Origin: Chlorokybus atmophyticus
Taxonomy: Eukaryota > Plantae > Mesostigma and Chlorokybus algae
Length of the DNA: 64,000 bases
Assembly (NCBI GenBank): GCA_009103225.1
Contig: RHPI01003516.1
Coordinates: forward strand, 24,062-88,061
Reading direction: 5' to 3'
In this document: positions 48,724 to 61,889 of the stretch, in pieces
Numbering within the stretch: position 1 is the stretch's first letter
Layout: every line of letters starts with the position of its first letter
Notes under the pieces: generated by a model
Told to the model about the DNA's origin: nothing
What the model saw: only the letters and a program-made list of their open reading frames with translations
Databases searched by the model: none
Translations under genes and position numbers: made by a program

Positions 48724-50239
48724 AGGGTGCTTGCTTGCGAGCACTAAAGCTGCGGCAAGCAGCCATGCTTTCAATTGCCATCTTGGGTGAGTCGCTTTGT
48801 AAAGCTAGATTGCAACTCTGCCATAACACTGCGCAAGGCGGCTATCGATGTACGTACAGGACTGAGTAGAGTAGATGGTTAAAAAGCCAACAGAGACTTA
48901 GCGCACTGCAGTAGTAGTGCAAAACCAGAACTCATCACGCAGTTCCAAGGACTTTATGCAACACAATATCATGCGCCGACATGTCCACCATACACTTGTT
49001 GACATTGCTAGCTTCATGTGTAGTCAAGTATAACACATGTCTCCAAGTTAGTGTGGACACCAGAATTGTGTAAGACTGTTGCTCCAGCAAGTCTACTTTA
49101 CAAGTGATACTGGATGTTGAAGAGAGCCTTACGCAGCAGGTACAAGGCCTAAGCGCTTCTACGCACATAAGGCCTGCAGTGCATGGTAATCCCTCCATAC
49201 TTCCTTGGTGGCACAACTGCTTGCGGATGAGGCAAACGTGATTCAAGCTTGTACCTAGCAGCCTCAGCAAACACCTGTCCAATTCAAGTGACGCAAGGTT
49301 GGGGTGTCCATTGGGGGCTGGGCTTTATAAAACTGTCATCTTGTACATGAGCTTAAATACGCTCTTCCTTGGCATGCAGTCCTTGAAAGGATTTCCGTGG
49401 TCAGTGTGCACAAGCCCCCCGCAACACGCCACTGCATTCTTGTTAATTGATTGAGCATGGTTGTTTATGTGCCACGCTGCGGTGTGCAGTTGCAGTCTCG
49501 AGCTGCAATAGCACTATAGCAGGGTAGTACTACAGCGCTTTAGTTAAGTAGCATGTGTGACAATGGCTGCAGCCATGAGAGCAACATTTGCCGTGCATGC
49601 AATGTTGTATGGTAAGCATTTCCATATCTGCAAGCTACAACTGCTCTCTCTGCACACTAGCATATATGTCAAGCCTGCTCAACTGAACTGCCAAGCCAAT
49701 TGAATGATTTTCAAAAATTGGTAGAGGTGCACAAATGGACGTAACTAGCAGCTGGACTTTTCGGCAGGGGTTCTGGGCAGCTATGTAGAGGATTTCAGTA
49801 GGAGTAAAGCGCCCTGGAAATTTGCAATCTGTTTAGACATATAGTGCAAACCACTCAGAGTTGCTGTCTTCGTTTGCATTGGCATTCATAGATGCCCTCA
49901 ACTCCCTGCACCGAATAAGTCACGCTGACTGCAGAATGTGTCACCACCAAGCTTGTAGGGCACACAATGCTTGGCCCACAATGTCTCAACCCACCAGCAT
50001 GCAGGGTCGCGAGCAGGGTAGTCGTTTGCACTGGTTATGCAGTAAGCTTCAACAACGTGTGCTTGATTATCCAGAAAAGTGTATGACAGCCAGCTACCTG
50101 CGTGACAAGCAAAATGGTTGGTACAGACAAAGGTAGTTTGGCAGAGGGAAACGTGTGCAGGTCTGAACCAGGTTTGTGTTGGCTATGCATGTTACTTGCA
50201 TACGCAATTTGTGTCCATGACAACATCCATGTGAGCCTG

Positions 50240-53200
50240 TCACTCACTCCAATCATCTGAAGTTCTGAAGGCAAGCCATTTAGTCTGGACATGGCCATTA
50301 AATGCGTAGATACCCAGCTCGTGCGGACGCCTTTCACCTGAGCACTTTACCCACCCACCAGCTATGCGTGGGCCAGGTGTTGCCAGCTGCCTCCAATGCT
50401 TGATGCTGCCAATCTGTGTTGCTGTTTCCTCTACAACATCCAGCGAGCCTGCAATGCACGTCTGTGAGTCCCTAGAATTCCACCATATGGGTGATTCTGT
50501 TATAACCCATCTGGTGGGATGGGTAATCACAGAATATGGGACAGCAATCGGAGATATTCCGGAAGACATCGAGTCCCTCAGCAAGGACCGTTTATGCATC
50601 CACTGGTAAGGGCTCAAGCTACAACTGCTCCCGGGAAACTCTCTTGAGCGAGAATTCATCAAGCCAGTTGCTAAGGGCCGCATCTGTGGCATCTGCTATG
50701 TAGCGCCGCAGCTGCTTGTGCATTGCGTTGATGATGCGACTCGCGGCTTCATCTCAAGCGGGAAGTCTATCCGCTCAACAATGCCAAGGGGTCAGCAGCA
50801 TTCCTTGTGCGCCTGCCATTGATGAGCAAAGAAGAGGCCATGAACAGTGATGACACAACACAGATGAGAGAGCATGATGCTTGTCCTACCCTTGAACTTT
50901 GCCATCCGGAATATTGTGGCAACTCGTCTGAACTTGCTGCTTGCTTTTCGCTCCAACTGCGCTTCTAGCTGCCATACAAGCTTTTTACACTTGTGAAGAT
51001 GCTCAGGCACCTCGACTAAGTTGTTTCCCCAGATTTGCAACTCCTCCAAATGCTGCAACGACTCCAGCTCTGGTAGGTTGTTTAGCTTATTACAATCGAG
51101 CACCAACTTCTTCAACGCTTTCAAGCGATTGACTTCTTGAGGTAGCTCGACCAGGTCGTTTTGTGACACATCTAGCATTTTCAGGTAATGGAGTTCCCAC
51201 AGCTCAATTGGCAATGATGATAAACGAGTGTTGCCTAGAAATAGATAGCGGAGGTCTTTCATCTTGCAAACCTGCAATAAAGAATAAGCTGTTGCGGCAC
51301 AGATTGGGGATTGGGAAGGGGGCCATATGCAATGCACTGAGCGCAGGTGCACTGAGCTGCAGGAGAGATGCGCATTAACTACCAGCTGTTGCTCATATGC
51401 CCGAATCTGCAATGTTGTTCGTCAGTACATGTGCTAGCATCGCACGCCCCTCACTTGCTGTATCAAGCCTTCTGGATTGCAATCGACATCTATTGATCGC
51501 CAATGCTCGAGTTGCGGGAGCTCCATGCTCGGATGGCACGCAACTTGTTGCAGAAGTCAAAACTAAGGTAGACCAGCTTATGCAGAGTTAGACAACCTGT
51601 GGTGGGTACTGTGAGGGACGTCAAGGATGCGCAATAGGAGAGATCCAATATCTGCAACAGTCGCGAGATCAGTGGCATACATGCATGCATGCAGCATACG
51701 CGGGCAGTGAGTGAGCTGCACCTGCAGGTTTTTGAACTTGTTTAAGTCCGGCAGAATGACAAGTCTACCGCAACGTGACAAGATCAGCGTTTGCAGTGAG
51801 GGCAGCTGCACAGAAGCGGAATGATGAGAGGGTTTGAGGTGAGCGGCCATGCATTCCGTTGCAACCGTTCCTGCCATCATACTCTCCGTCTATACGCAAC
51901 TCACTTGGATATGTGCCTTTGCATCCCAGAGGTGCTTGAAGCTACTAACGGACAAGTCCAGCGCACAGAGCTTGTTGTAAACCGCTGCTCTGGTCACTTG
52001 CACGTTGTGCAGCATGTTCACTTGCAATGATACCAAGTGCTGTGCACTGCCCTTCATAATAAGATATGAAGCACGATTCACAGCCAGTAGCCGCAGGCCT
52101 TGGCCGAGGTCATGCGGTACAACAAGGTCGCGCTCTCGTTCAATCTTGATATCCATGAAAACACCCTGCACATCGCACTTGACAGTTAGCCAGCCAGCCT
52201 CAGAACTGATCGAGTGGATGCTATGCCAGTTATTATACTCCTGACATAAACCGCGGCGCTCTGTGACAGCAACACGACGTACATAATAAGGAGCGCAGAT
52301 CTGCACACATTGCGCCGTTTACTAAATAACGTGCAGCAAACCTGCAAAAAGGTTGCGCTGACATCATGTAATGTTGCAGACTTGAGACTTGTACGCTGTT
52401 GCGGCACTGCCAATTGTTTTATGTGCATTCCTAAAGTTATCATCAGATCGTGCATCACCAAAGTTTTGCCGGCGATCTCTGGGTGTTCTTCCACGCTTAT
52501 AAGGGAGCTGTCTTGCAGGCTGCGTAGCGCACCAGGCACTCCCCTGCCAAAATCTGCAAGATCCGCAGGGGTGGTCCAAATGTACACTCCAGCCCGATAA
52601 CCAATAAAAGTGCGTAAGAATGGATAGCACGCCAGGTCTAAGAAAAAAAAAAAAATAAAAAAAAAAATGCATTGCATTCCCTGTCTTGCATGAGGGTCAA
52701 GCTAAACAACAGGATGCTGAAGATGGCATCTTCCTTCTCCCCATGCACACTCTGCACGTCTGTTAGCCACTCCAGGCAGCGCAAAAACTCAGATAAACCT
52801 TTCCTGTGCAGCGCACTTCCAATCACCCGTAGTGCCAGTGGCAATCCATTGCACGCCTCCACCACTATTCTAATGACGGGTGCACACACTCGAGGCAATC
52901 GACTACGCTCAACTGCAGCGTATGCGTGCTCGTGCAGCTTGTCACAAAGGAAAAGGTGACTTTGGTTGAACTTGTCCGTACGAGCGTTGTCAATGATGCT
53001 AGCAAACTCGGCCTGTTCCTTGCGGGTGTGCTGCCGGTATGCATGTCTGCAAAACAGGATGACAGCGTCTAGTGGCTCTAAAGACGACACTTGCACGATT
53101 CCCACATTCTCCGGGTACTCCAGGCACGTGCGCTTCCAGGATGTGAGGATCACCTTGCTGCCTGCAGCCACGGCCACCAGCAACATTTCCGCCTGCAGCT

Positions 53201-54405
53201 TATCTATAATATTGTCAACGACAAGCAAAACTTGCTTGTTTTTTAGGCGTTCTTTTAATAACTGTCATCTATCCTGCAGATCGAGCCCGACTTTGGCATC
53301 GGCAGAGGTCTTACAGAGGGCCTCCAGCATTGCTTGCTGCTGTTCCTCCAGTGACGCGGTGCTCTCTCTTAAATCAAGTGTGATGTAGCAGCTCCTTCCG
53401 CAATAGTCTGCGGCAAAGTGGTTGTACACATGCTTGGCTATGGTAGTCTTGCCCACACCTCGCATGCCAAGCAGTCCCACCACCCTGTGTGTGTTTCCAA
53501 AAGCTTAATAACAGGTGCAGAGCATGCATGGATATCCACAGCCTCAACTTCAGCCACGCGCTTATGAAGTATGCTCAGCTTCTGGCAGACCCTATGGACA
53601 ACTTCTTGAACAAGTTGCAATTTAATCCTGCACATGCAACAATATCAGCAAGCAGCATCTCAAGCGAACGATGATGCGAGGAACTTGAGCACACAGTGTT
53701 CGCAGAACACGGCTAACAGTAGTTTGCTGGCATACAGTCAGGTTCCAGCACCTGAAGCTTCAAGCACTATCAGATGCCGCCAGCTCAGCAGCACGCAAGT
53801 TATACAGACACTGCCAACCAAACTGAGGCGAGTGGAGGCTAGGGTCAGCACTAGTACTGGTGCCCGCAGCCTTCCAAGCCCTTGCTGTGAGAGAGAGGCT
53901 TAGGAGACGGTGCGAGCTGCCCGGGAGAGGGGGGGGGGGGGGGGGGGGGGGNTTCTGCAGCCTGTTATGTCAAAAAGCTTTGCCATAGCTTGTCGCCATT
54001 CACCTCTTTTCTCCTCGTCCATCTGTCGCCCTTCTCTTATTGCTTGCTGCTTGCTCTCGTAAATTCTTAAACCGTTGTATATTTTCTTTCTCTTTATCTT
54101 TTTCTTAGTTTTTGTGACGCTTGTCACTCCAGTAGAACACGGGTACAATGTCTTTGTTTTGGTTAACCGCTTTCACCAGCTGTCAGGCAGTCTATTGACT
54201 CCAAAAACCGCCTTGAGAGGATGACAACGACAACCTGTGCAGCGCTCAAGGCGTCCAACATGCTTCGCTGCGCACTTGGGCTCCCTTTCAGATCGTTGTC
54301 ATCAAGAAAGGGTTTGATATAATAGCTGGTGCGTTGCAGCTCCTTATAGATATACGAGGCGATTGTTGTCTTGGTGTCAGGCCCTCGATGGCATATAAAA
54401 ACATT
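50240..54405 (-). pseudogene. TIR-NB-ARC-LRR (TNL) immune receptor, degraded
   Basis: TIR VFICHRGPDTK...PFLD...VPVFY...WRQAM; P-loop GMRGVGKTT; Walker B LLVVDN; GSKVILTS; CNGLPLAL; FLDLACY; MHD; LRR exons at about 50890-52270. Frameshifts at 54180 and 54131, TGA at 53265, poly-A at 52643-52667. 3' boundary uncertain. Confidence 0.9.
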
Positions 54406-56247
54406 TCACTGCACACACTCAGTCAGCGCTGAACAATAAACAATGCGGCACGCACACATGCACGCATGCACACATGTATATATGTGTGACAGCCATCCAA
54501 GACCTGTCGCGTCAGCGACACCGTGTGACGCCAAAGAGATACCCACACAATGCCCAATCACAAGAGGAAGCATCAGCGAGCTTACGGCGGGTGCCGGCGT
54601 CCTTGATTGAATTGTCACTGCCAGGAACTTCAGCAAGTGCGCTGACGGATTCCCTTGAAGTCATTACTGCGGATGGTAAGCGGGCTAAGCAGAGAACGAC
54701 GTGGTATTGCCCTCAGCTGCACTGCTGCTTCTGCACGCATCAACCCTGCAATGAGTGTGTGAAGAGGCGAGTGCCGAGATGAAGTCCAACTACCCTCACA
54801 TGCGATATGGGCGTATGCAAGGCATCTGTTAGTGGTCATCTATAATGTCTGGCCGGCTGCATGCATGCAAGATTGATATGCGATACACGGTATGCACGTA
54901 TGCAATTGCAAGGCATTTGTTGGGGGGCGTCTGATCATATCTGGCCGTCTGCGTGCATGTAAGATCGCATTGTACGTTTACTGAAAGAACGGATGTGACC
55001 GCAACCGTGCAGGTCGTTAGCATTGAGAAACGCAGCACTGTGATAGCTTGGGAATGCAAGTTGTCCGCATAGTCATTGTGGTAGGTGTGCGCATTGAGCT
55101 AAGGCAGGCAGGAAAGCTGTGCCAGGGCAGTGGCCTGTCACAAGTACACTGTGCAATCTGGCATGGCAAGTACGTACAGCTGCTAGGCAACGACAACCTC
55201 ACGCCCGCCGCTGCCTACCCACAGCAGCAAGGAGTGTGAGCCTCGCTGAGGTGCAGGAGCGACGCTGGACTGGCGGAAGAAGTAATCGCAAGAAGCACTG
55301 CCCAGCCGCTGGGCGTGGGGCGCACCGGGGGAGGCAGCAGTAGCAGCAGCATCCCAATCCTGGTCGGGACAGTGGCCAGCGCGGCACAATTACTGATGCC
55401 ATTGGGTACATATTCTGGGCTCCTGAAGTTCCTCCGACCCTTTGCCTCTGGGGTCGTACCACCAACTCAAATGTGCTCGCAGTTGGTCGGTGGTGCGAGA
55501 GGAACTGCTGGCGATGGCGTCGGCGGCGAGCAATGTCGAGGGCGAGGGCGCGGGCGCGGGCTCGAGAGTAGCTCAACATGCACCCGACGCTGGCAGCCAT
55601 CTTTGCCCTGCAGCTCGCTTTGCTGCTACTGCTTCCAGCAAGCAAAATTAGTGATCCCATGTGTGCCCGGTGCTTGTGTCGTCTGTGACTCTCGCTAGGC
55701 GGAGCAGTACGAGCCTGGCTTGAGGAACAACGCTTGATATGAATACGTCATATTAAGGTTTAGTTCCCTTTATGACAGCTATCTTGAGTGGGCCAATCAC
55801 TCGATTGCACAAGTTTATTGTCAACAACGACATTCATGCATTCGACATGCCCAATAGTTCGCGTATGCTTCTGCCGTTGTGATGCTTCCATGAAAGCCGC
55901 TGCGAGACAAATTTCGTTGTGGCTAAGTGCTCCCTGCGAGCAGCTTGACGGAGATGACGCGTTACGGTCAGAACACCGCAGTACCAGCAGCTATTGTTGG
56001 CGTTGCATGTGTACTCCAGCGTTGCGCCGTAGCTGGCGTTCACCTGGAATGCGACCTGGCGTTAAGTTTGCTGGCGTATTCTCCTTGAGTTTGCATCTGT
56101 AGATGGCCTGACTTCTATCGCGGCGAACATGTTTACAGTTGCAATTACATTGTTGCGTGTTTTCATGACGACATGCAAGCACCAATGGCCTGACCACATG
56201 CTTACAGAGTTCATGAGCATAATCTGGGTCATGATTCATGCCCTCGT

Positions 56248-56835
56248 GTGCACAGGCTGCATTGGCACTGGGTTGTCCATGCTGCTACACCGTTAGCCAG
56301 CCAGGGGCCTTATAACGTCATTGAAGGTGGTCCCAACAGCTTCAAGGTATCTATAGACGAGTGTCTTTGTGCCATTGCTTTTGTGAGCGCCACAACACCT
56401 GGGGACGTCACCACCGTGACACTCTTTGCTGGCGGTCAGCAGGTGCGTGTCCACACATGGGCAACGATCATGTCTTGCTATGCATTGCAGATTGGCTTTC
56501 ATGAATAAGTCTACCAGGCTGGCGGGTTATGGAGCCAGAACGTGTTGACAATGTATGCTTAGGTGGTGATCCCCTGTGCGAATGCCGGTGCCGAAGCTGT
56601 TGCATACACCAATGCCACATGCCAGCAATTGGGGGCAGCTCTGATTGCGGATTGCCAATATGCCTCCGCGGCAATCTCCCCAAAAGCAGGGTGCAGCGAC
56701 ACTTTTGCAGCGGGAACCTGCAGCTGCGCTCTAGTATGTTTTGCTCCTCCTGCAGCAGCGCCAGTCAACTCATCACCACCGCCACCACCATTTTCAATGC
56801 CTCCGCCACCATTGCACCCGCCACCAACAACATAG
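56248..56835 (+). CDS. Small Cys-rich protein with Pro-rich tail (cell-wall glycoprotein-like), partial
   Basis: Exon ending GGQQ|GT at about 56441 and exon 56563-56835 with six Cys and SSPPPPP. Start not identified. Confidence 0.4.
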
Positions 56836-56911
56836 TCACCACCCTGCCATGTTTGCGGTGTGGGCCAGTAGCTATTGCGTTGTGTGCAACTGTGTACACT
56901 CTCCATGACTT

Positions 56912-57384
<473 letters not shown>

Positions 57385-57894
57385 TGCCAGGCAGGACAAT
57401 ATGCTGTCTGCATCTGTAGCGCAACCACTTCGTTCGATCAATCTTTGTGAAAGCAGCGTGCATTACAAAAACCAGCGGCGTGGACATGCATTCACACTGC
57501 TATTGGTACCACGTTGTGCTCGTCCTTACATCAAGTGCTTGCAGTATACCACAGCTGTGCGCAATGCGCGCAATGTGTTGAGAGACTCTGACTAGGCTAT
57601 AGCCAACACGCAGGTTGGAAATTTGCTGGAGTTATCATTGGCAGTGTTGCTGGTCTAGCCGTAGGATGCTTGGTCTGTTATTGTCTCTGGCGCCAACAAC
57701 AGAATCTAAAAACGTGCTGCTGCAGTGGAGGTACTTACACATGGCAGAGCAATCTTGCAACGCTGCATTCGCTAGGCCAAGAGTACAAGCATGAGTGAGG
57801 GCGTGGGGGTCAGCTTTAGGTCCTTGGTATAGAAGCATACTGCTATGGTACCAGCTGAACTATTGTACAACCATGTCTTTGGTGCCGCAAACAG

Positions 57895-57950
57895 CTTATC
57901 GTTCACTACCAGACCCGCCTGCTCAGGCGGGTCTGGTAGTGGACGATAAG
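57895..57950. other. Hairpin with 27-bp arms and 2-nt loop
   Basis: CTTATCGTTCACTACCAGACCCGCCTG-CT-CAGGCGGGTCTGGTAGTGGACGATAAG, one T.G pair. Confidence 0.9.
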
Positions 57951-58272
57951 TTGAAGGTCAAGACCGTCTAGCGGCCATGCATGCATCATCGGCGCCAGCA
58001 TGCTAGCGTACGCTAGCCATGATGCAGTTGCAACTGCATGTTATGTCGCATGTAGCATTCAACTAATGGCTCGAGCATGCACGCAGCACCCATTCCCCTA
58101 AGCAGTTCTGTTTAAGTATGTATGTCACATATTGCTACCGCAAGCAATGCGAAGAACAAGCTGGCTTGTTCGGCTCCTTAAAGCGTAAAGCACGCCTTAA
58201 CAGAGCTTCAGGCATGTATTCCTTGGGCTTCACAGAGACCACCTGCAGGAGCTGGTCCGGACTGTTGCTGCA

Positions 58273-58336
58273 CATGCGAGCGGTGATTCAAGTATCAATG
58301 TGCACTGCACTTGATACTTGAATCACCGCTCGCATG
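58273..58336. other. Perfect 26-bp inverted repeat within a dispersed repeat
   Basis: Arms 58273-58298 and 58311-58336. Flanks match 41450-41550, which lacks the fold-back. Confidence 0.9.
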
Positions 58337-58695
58337 CGCCCAGAGCAGAGCTGAAGTTCCCGACGCCTCCTGGCGACGCACTGTCCAGGCGGGAGGCCAA
58401 GGCGGCAGTTTTGCTCTGCATTACGAGGAGCCGTTGGATGTGAGAGCCGCATGTGGGGTCGAGATGGCTCGAGCGCGTGTTTTGTCGCGTAATGCATACG
58501 GGTTTATCTGCTGATAGTCACCGTTGCTGGTTTTTTCAGCGTTGTTATGATAACGCACGCTTGCAGCGATCCGCGTCGTGATGTGTTTTTTCACTTCATT
58601 TTCCTTTTTCAACTAACTGGCAACAACTGTCAGCAGATAGCTGTCATATCTTGTGTTTGGCACGAGCATGCCTTGCTTGGTTCAAATTTGCCGCC

Positions 58696-60862
58696 ATGTT
58701 TGGCGGCGGGGTAGGCGACCTCCAGCCTGGTGTGGCTGACATTGTGGGCATTGCTGAGATTGGTCGGGATGCATGTAGCCAAGCATTGCGCGAATGCCTT
58801 CCGTCTTCTGATCAACTGGAGCAGACGCCCAACCCGCCGCAGTTTAAGAAGTCCAAGTGCAAAGCACCTGCCGACGCAGAAGAGGAGGCTAAGCGCCAGG
58901 CTCATGCTGCGGCTTAGCTCAAGTCTGTGCAGGCCAGCAGGAAGCGGACGGAGAAGATATGGAGTGCAGTCAGGAGGGATTGCAAATTGCATGGCACAAT
59001 GTCTTTGTATTTCGTGCAACTCCATGCTATGACGACCGGTTGCAAGTGGGTGCTGAATCCATATGACACGCTCACTTGGGTGGAGGTATGTGCGTGTGTT
59101 TGCGTGTGCTATTTTGTGTGTGATGAGGTTGTCTGAGACCGTGAGTAAATGTCTGCGAGCAGGGGGCGTTTGTTGATGCAATTAAGCCTCCACTTGCAGC
59201 CGTGCCAGTGCTGACTACTGATGAGCAAGAGGTGGACATCGATGCTGATGACTCGCGTGACGCCAGCAGGGAGCCATCATCTGAGCGTGATGACCTGGAA
59301 GATGGGGCTGGACCCTCTTTCAACGAGCGAGCCGATGCAGTCTAGGCACCTGAGCAGAACGCAATGCCAAAAACACAGTGTACATGCGAACTCGCGAGGT
59401 ATGTGTAGGGTGTGCTGGCGCATTCGGCAACATATGTCTCTAATGTATTCGTATGCATGTGTGATTGTGGGTTGTGCAGGGGGGCTTCGTGCCTGTTCAG
59501 CAAGCCAGCTCAGTGACAGGAGCACGTCTTGAGACAATGCAGCAGTCAGTGCCTGGCTCCAGCAGCTTGGGTCGGCCACAGTCCAACTTGTCTCGCGGGA
59601 CTGGACCTGTTGTAGGACCGCGTAGCAATGCAGCCAGTCAATTCACAACTCCTAGTCCTGCTGATACAGCAGGACTAGGAGTCCGCTGTCTTATACTAGG
59701 AGGTTTGGGCGTAAGAAATGACTCTGGGCACATAGTGCAACGCAGTGCAAAGCGTGCAAGGCCGCATGTTGCATGAATGTGCACCCATATCTGATGTTGT
59801 GGAGTTGAATGCGTAGAAGGATTCCACGGAAGTGATATGCATCAGCCAAGATGAACAATGCCAAACCGTGTGATGAGGTTTGAGGAGGCTGCATTGGAGG
59901 TGTGTTGGATGTTGGATGCGGTGTTGCATTGGGGTGATTGTGTGACACCAGTGTGAGGTATGTCACAAAGATGATCAGTTTGCCTTGAGATGATGAGTGC
60001 CACAAGGTGCACGTCAGGACAATGGAAGTACTTTGGGTAACGAGTCAGGATTCCTGCGTACTGAGGTTATCGCTCTTCAAGCTGTGTGTGCGGTAAGGGG
60101 CTGATGGGCGGTGCGGTGTGAGGTGCTTGGTCGTATACCATATAATGCATATGCATATGCATATGCATACGACGCATATGATAAATGGCATATGATGCAT
60201 AAGCATCATATGATGCATTGCGCCGATGCAATACTCAGGATTTGGAGATAGCGCTTGAGCAGCACAAGCAGCGTGCATTGGTGAAGGATACTGCCAGAGC
60301 AGCTCTCGATCTGCATGAGCGAAATGCACGCCAAGCATACTCGAAGCTGCTGCAGTCTCATAAGTTGGCTAAGCGCAACTGGGAAGCAAGGCACAAACAG
60401 TCCCAATTGAGGATGAAAGTGGGACGACAACTGTTGCATGTGCATCAGGAGGGCATATGTGGTCAATTGAGCGCATGCACACGCAGGATGCTGATGCAAA
60501 ATCTGCTAAGCTCGATGGGGAGCTGCGAGCTGCACGCACAGTAAGTGCACAGGTTCAGCGAAGCCTGGCAGCAGCTATGGAGGACCTGGATGTTTATGAA
60601 GCAAATGCGGAGCAGCAGTAGAGGGATTTGCTTGAAGCCGAGCGTTGTCGTGACTCGGCTCGGAGCATGCTAGCTGACGCCGTTGCTGACTGCGAGCAGT
60701 ATGAGCGCTTGGTGGCAGAGCTAAGGGCGAGGTCGCATCAAACTTCCCAGACGCCTGGGGCATCTACTCCAGCGTCAGCTGATCCGAACAGCAGCAGCAC
60801 GCCTGGTGTAACCCACAGAACTCCGGAGCAGCTTAAGGAGTGGAAGCAACGCGCAAGCACGG
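58696..60862 (+). pseudogene. Multi-exon unknown gene with C-terminal coiled coil, truncated by an LTR insertion
   Basis: Exon-like frames with in-frame TAG stops at about 58915, 59342 and 60620. Ends at the LTR start 60863. Confidence 0.5.
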
Positions 60863-61801
60863 TGTAACAGCCTGGACCCTTTTCCATATTTTGGTGCATG
60901 TATAATATGTGTTTTACCCTTTTTGGGCTTAATAAAGGGTTTTGTAAGGCTTTACTGAGCCCTTCTGGCGCCGGCTCTACTGCAGCGCGCGACTTCGCCT
61001 TCGCCAGCAGCTGCCAACCTGCGACGTGCTTGCCGCCGAGCCAATAGCGACGTGACTGCCGCGGCAGGTGACGTCACACCTGACTAGACTGTGCCAGGTG
61101 ACGCGGACTTCGCGGTCAGCTACCTGCTGTGCAATACCTTACAACGTGGAGTGCACAGTCAGCTGCCGCGTGAAAGGTACCCCACGCGAGGGGCAGCAGC
61201 CTGCACTTATACAGTCCTTTAGATTTGGTAAATCATGAAAAAAATGCTTGGTTATTAACCTGCTTAGTTTTGGTGCTGGTATAAACAGGAAAACCCTGTG
61301 TAATACAACCAACTTTGCTTTCTGCTCTCTGTTATGAGTATACTGGTGTGGCGTGTCGTGCGATCCCGGGGGGAAAGCTCGTGGACGGAGTTGTTCCCAT
61401 ATCATGTGATGTGATAGCAATCTGCAGACAACAAAAACACTTTGCTGGCCGCTTGACATCAGCAATTGCATGCAATACCAGCATGCAAGCAGGCAATCAG
61501 CAATGCATGTAGCTTTGTCTCTTGGATGTTGTTGTGTCTCTTTGCAGCTATTGAATGCCTTCAGGAGTGTAAGCCTCTCTGTTGTTGGCAAAATAACATA
61601 TGCTTGAGAGAGGCGTGATCCAAGGCACACTGCTGCGTTCTTGCTTGGTGTGAGAAGTAGTAGTGTTCGTGTGCGTGTGCGCGCTTAACGCATGCGTATG
61701 CGCGAGGGAAGGCAAGGTTCCGGTGTGAAGACTGTGCTCAGTGTGCACACATGTGTTGTATGACTTGTGTACTGTGTATGTGAGCACGAGCATCGTTACA
61801 G

Positions 61802-61813
61802 TGGTATCGGAGC
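61802..61813 (+). promoter_or_regulatory. tRNA-iMet primer-binding site
   Basis: TGGTATCGGAGC immediately after the LTR. Confidence 0.85.
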
Positions 61814-61889
61814 CCTTTGAGTGGTTGGCTTTCTTGTTTTAAGGGGATATTGACTATCTCTTTAGTGTGTGAGGTATTTGTTTTTGTTT

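Noticed and set aside
55199-55660. Possible N-terminal exons or zinc finger of the TNL
   Set aside because: Could not build a consistent spliced frame to the TIR start, and the Cys pattern is interrupted by a stop.
57895-57970. Firm Helitron call
   Set aside because: No Rep/helicase ORF, no 5' TC end located, and a non-canonical flanking base.
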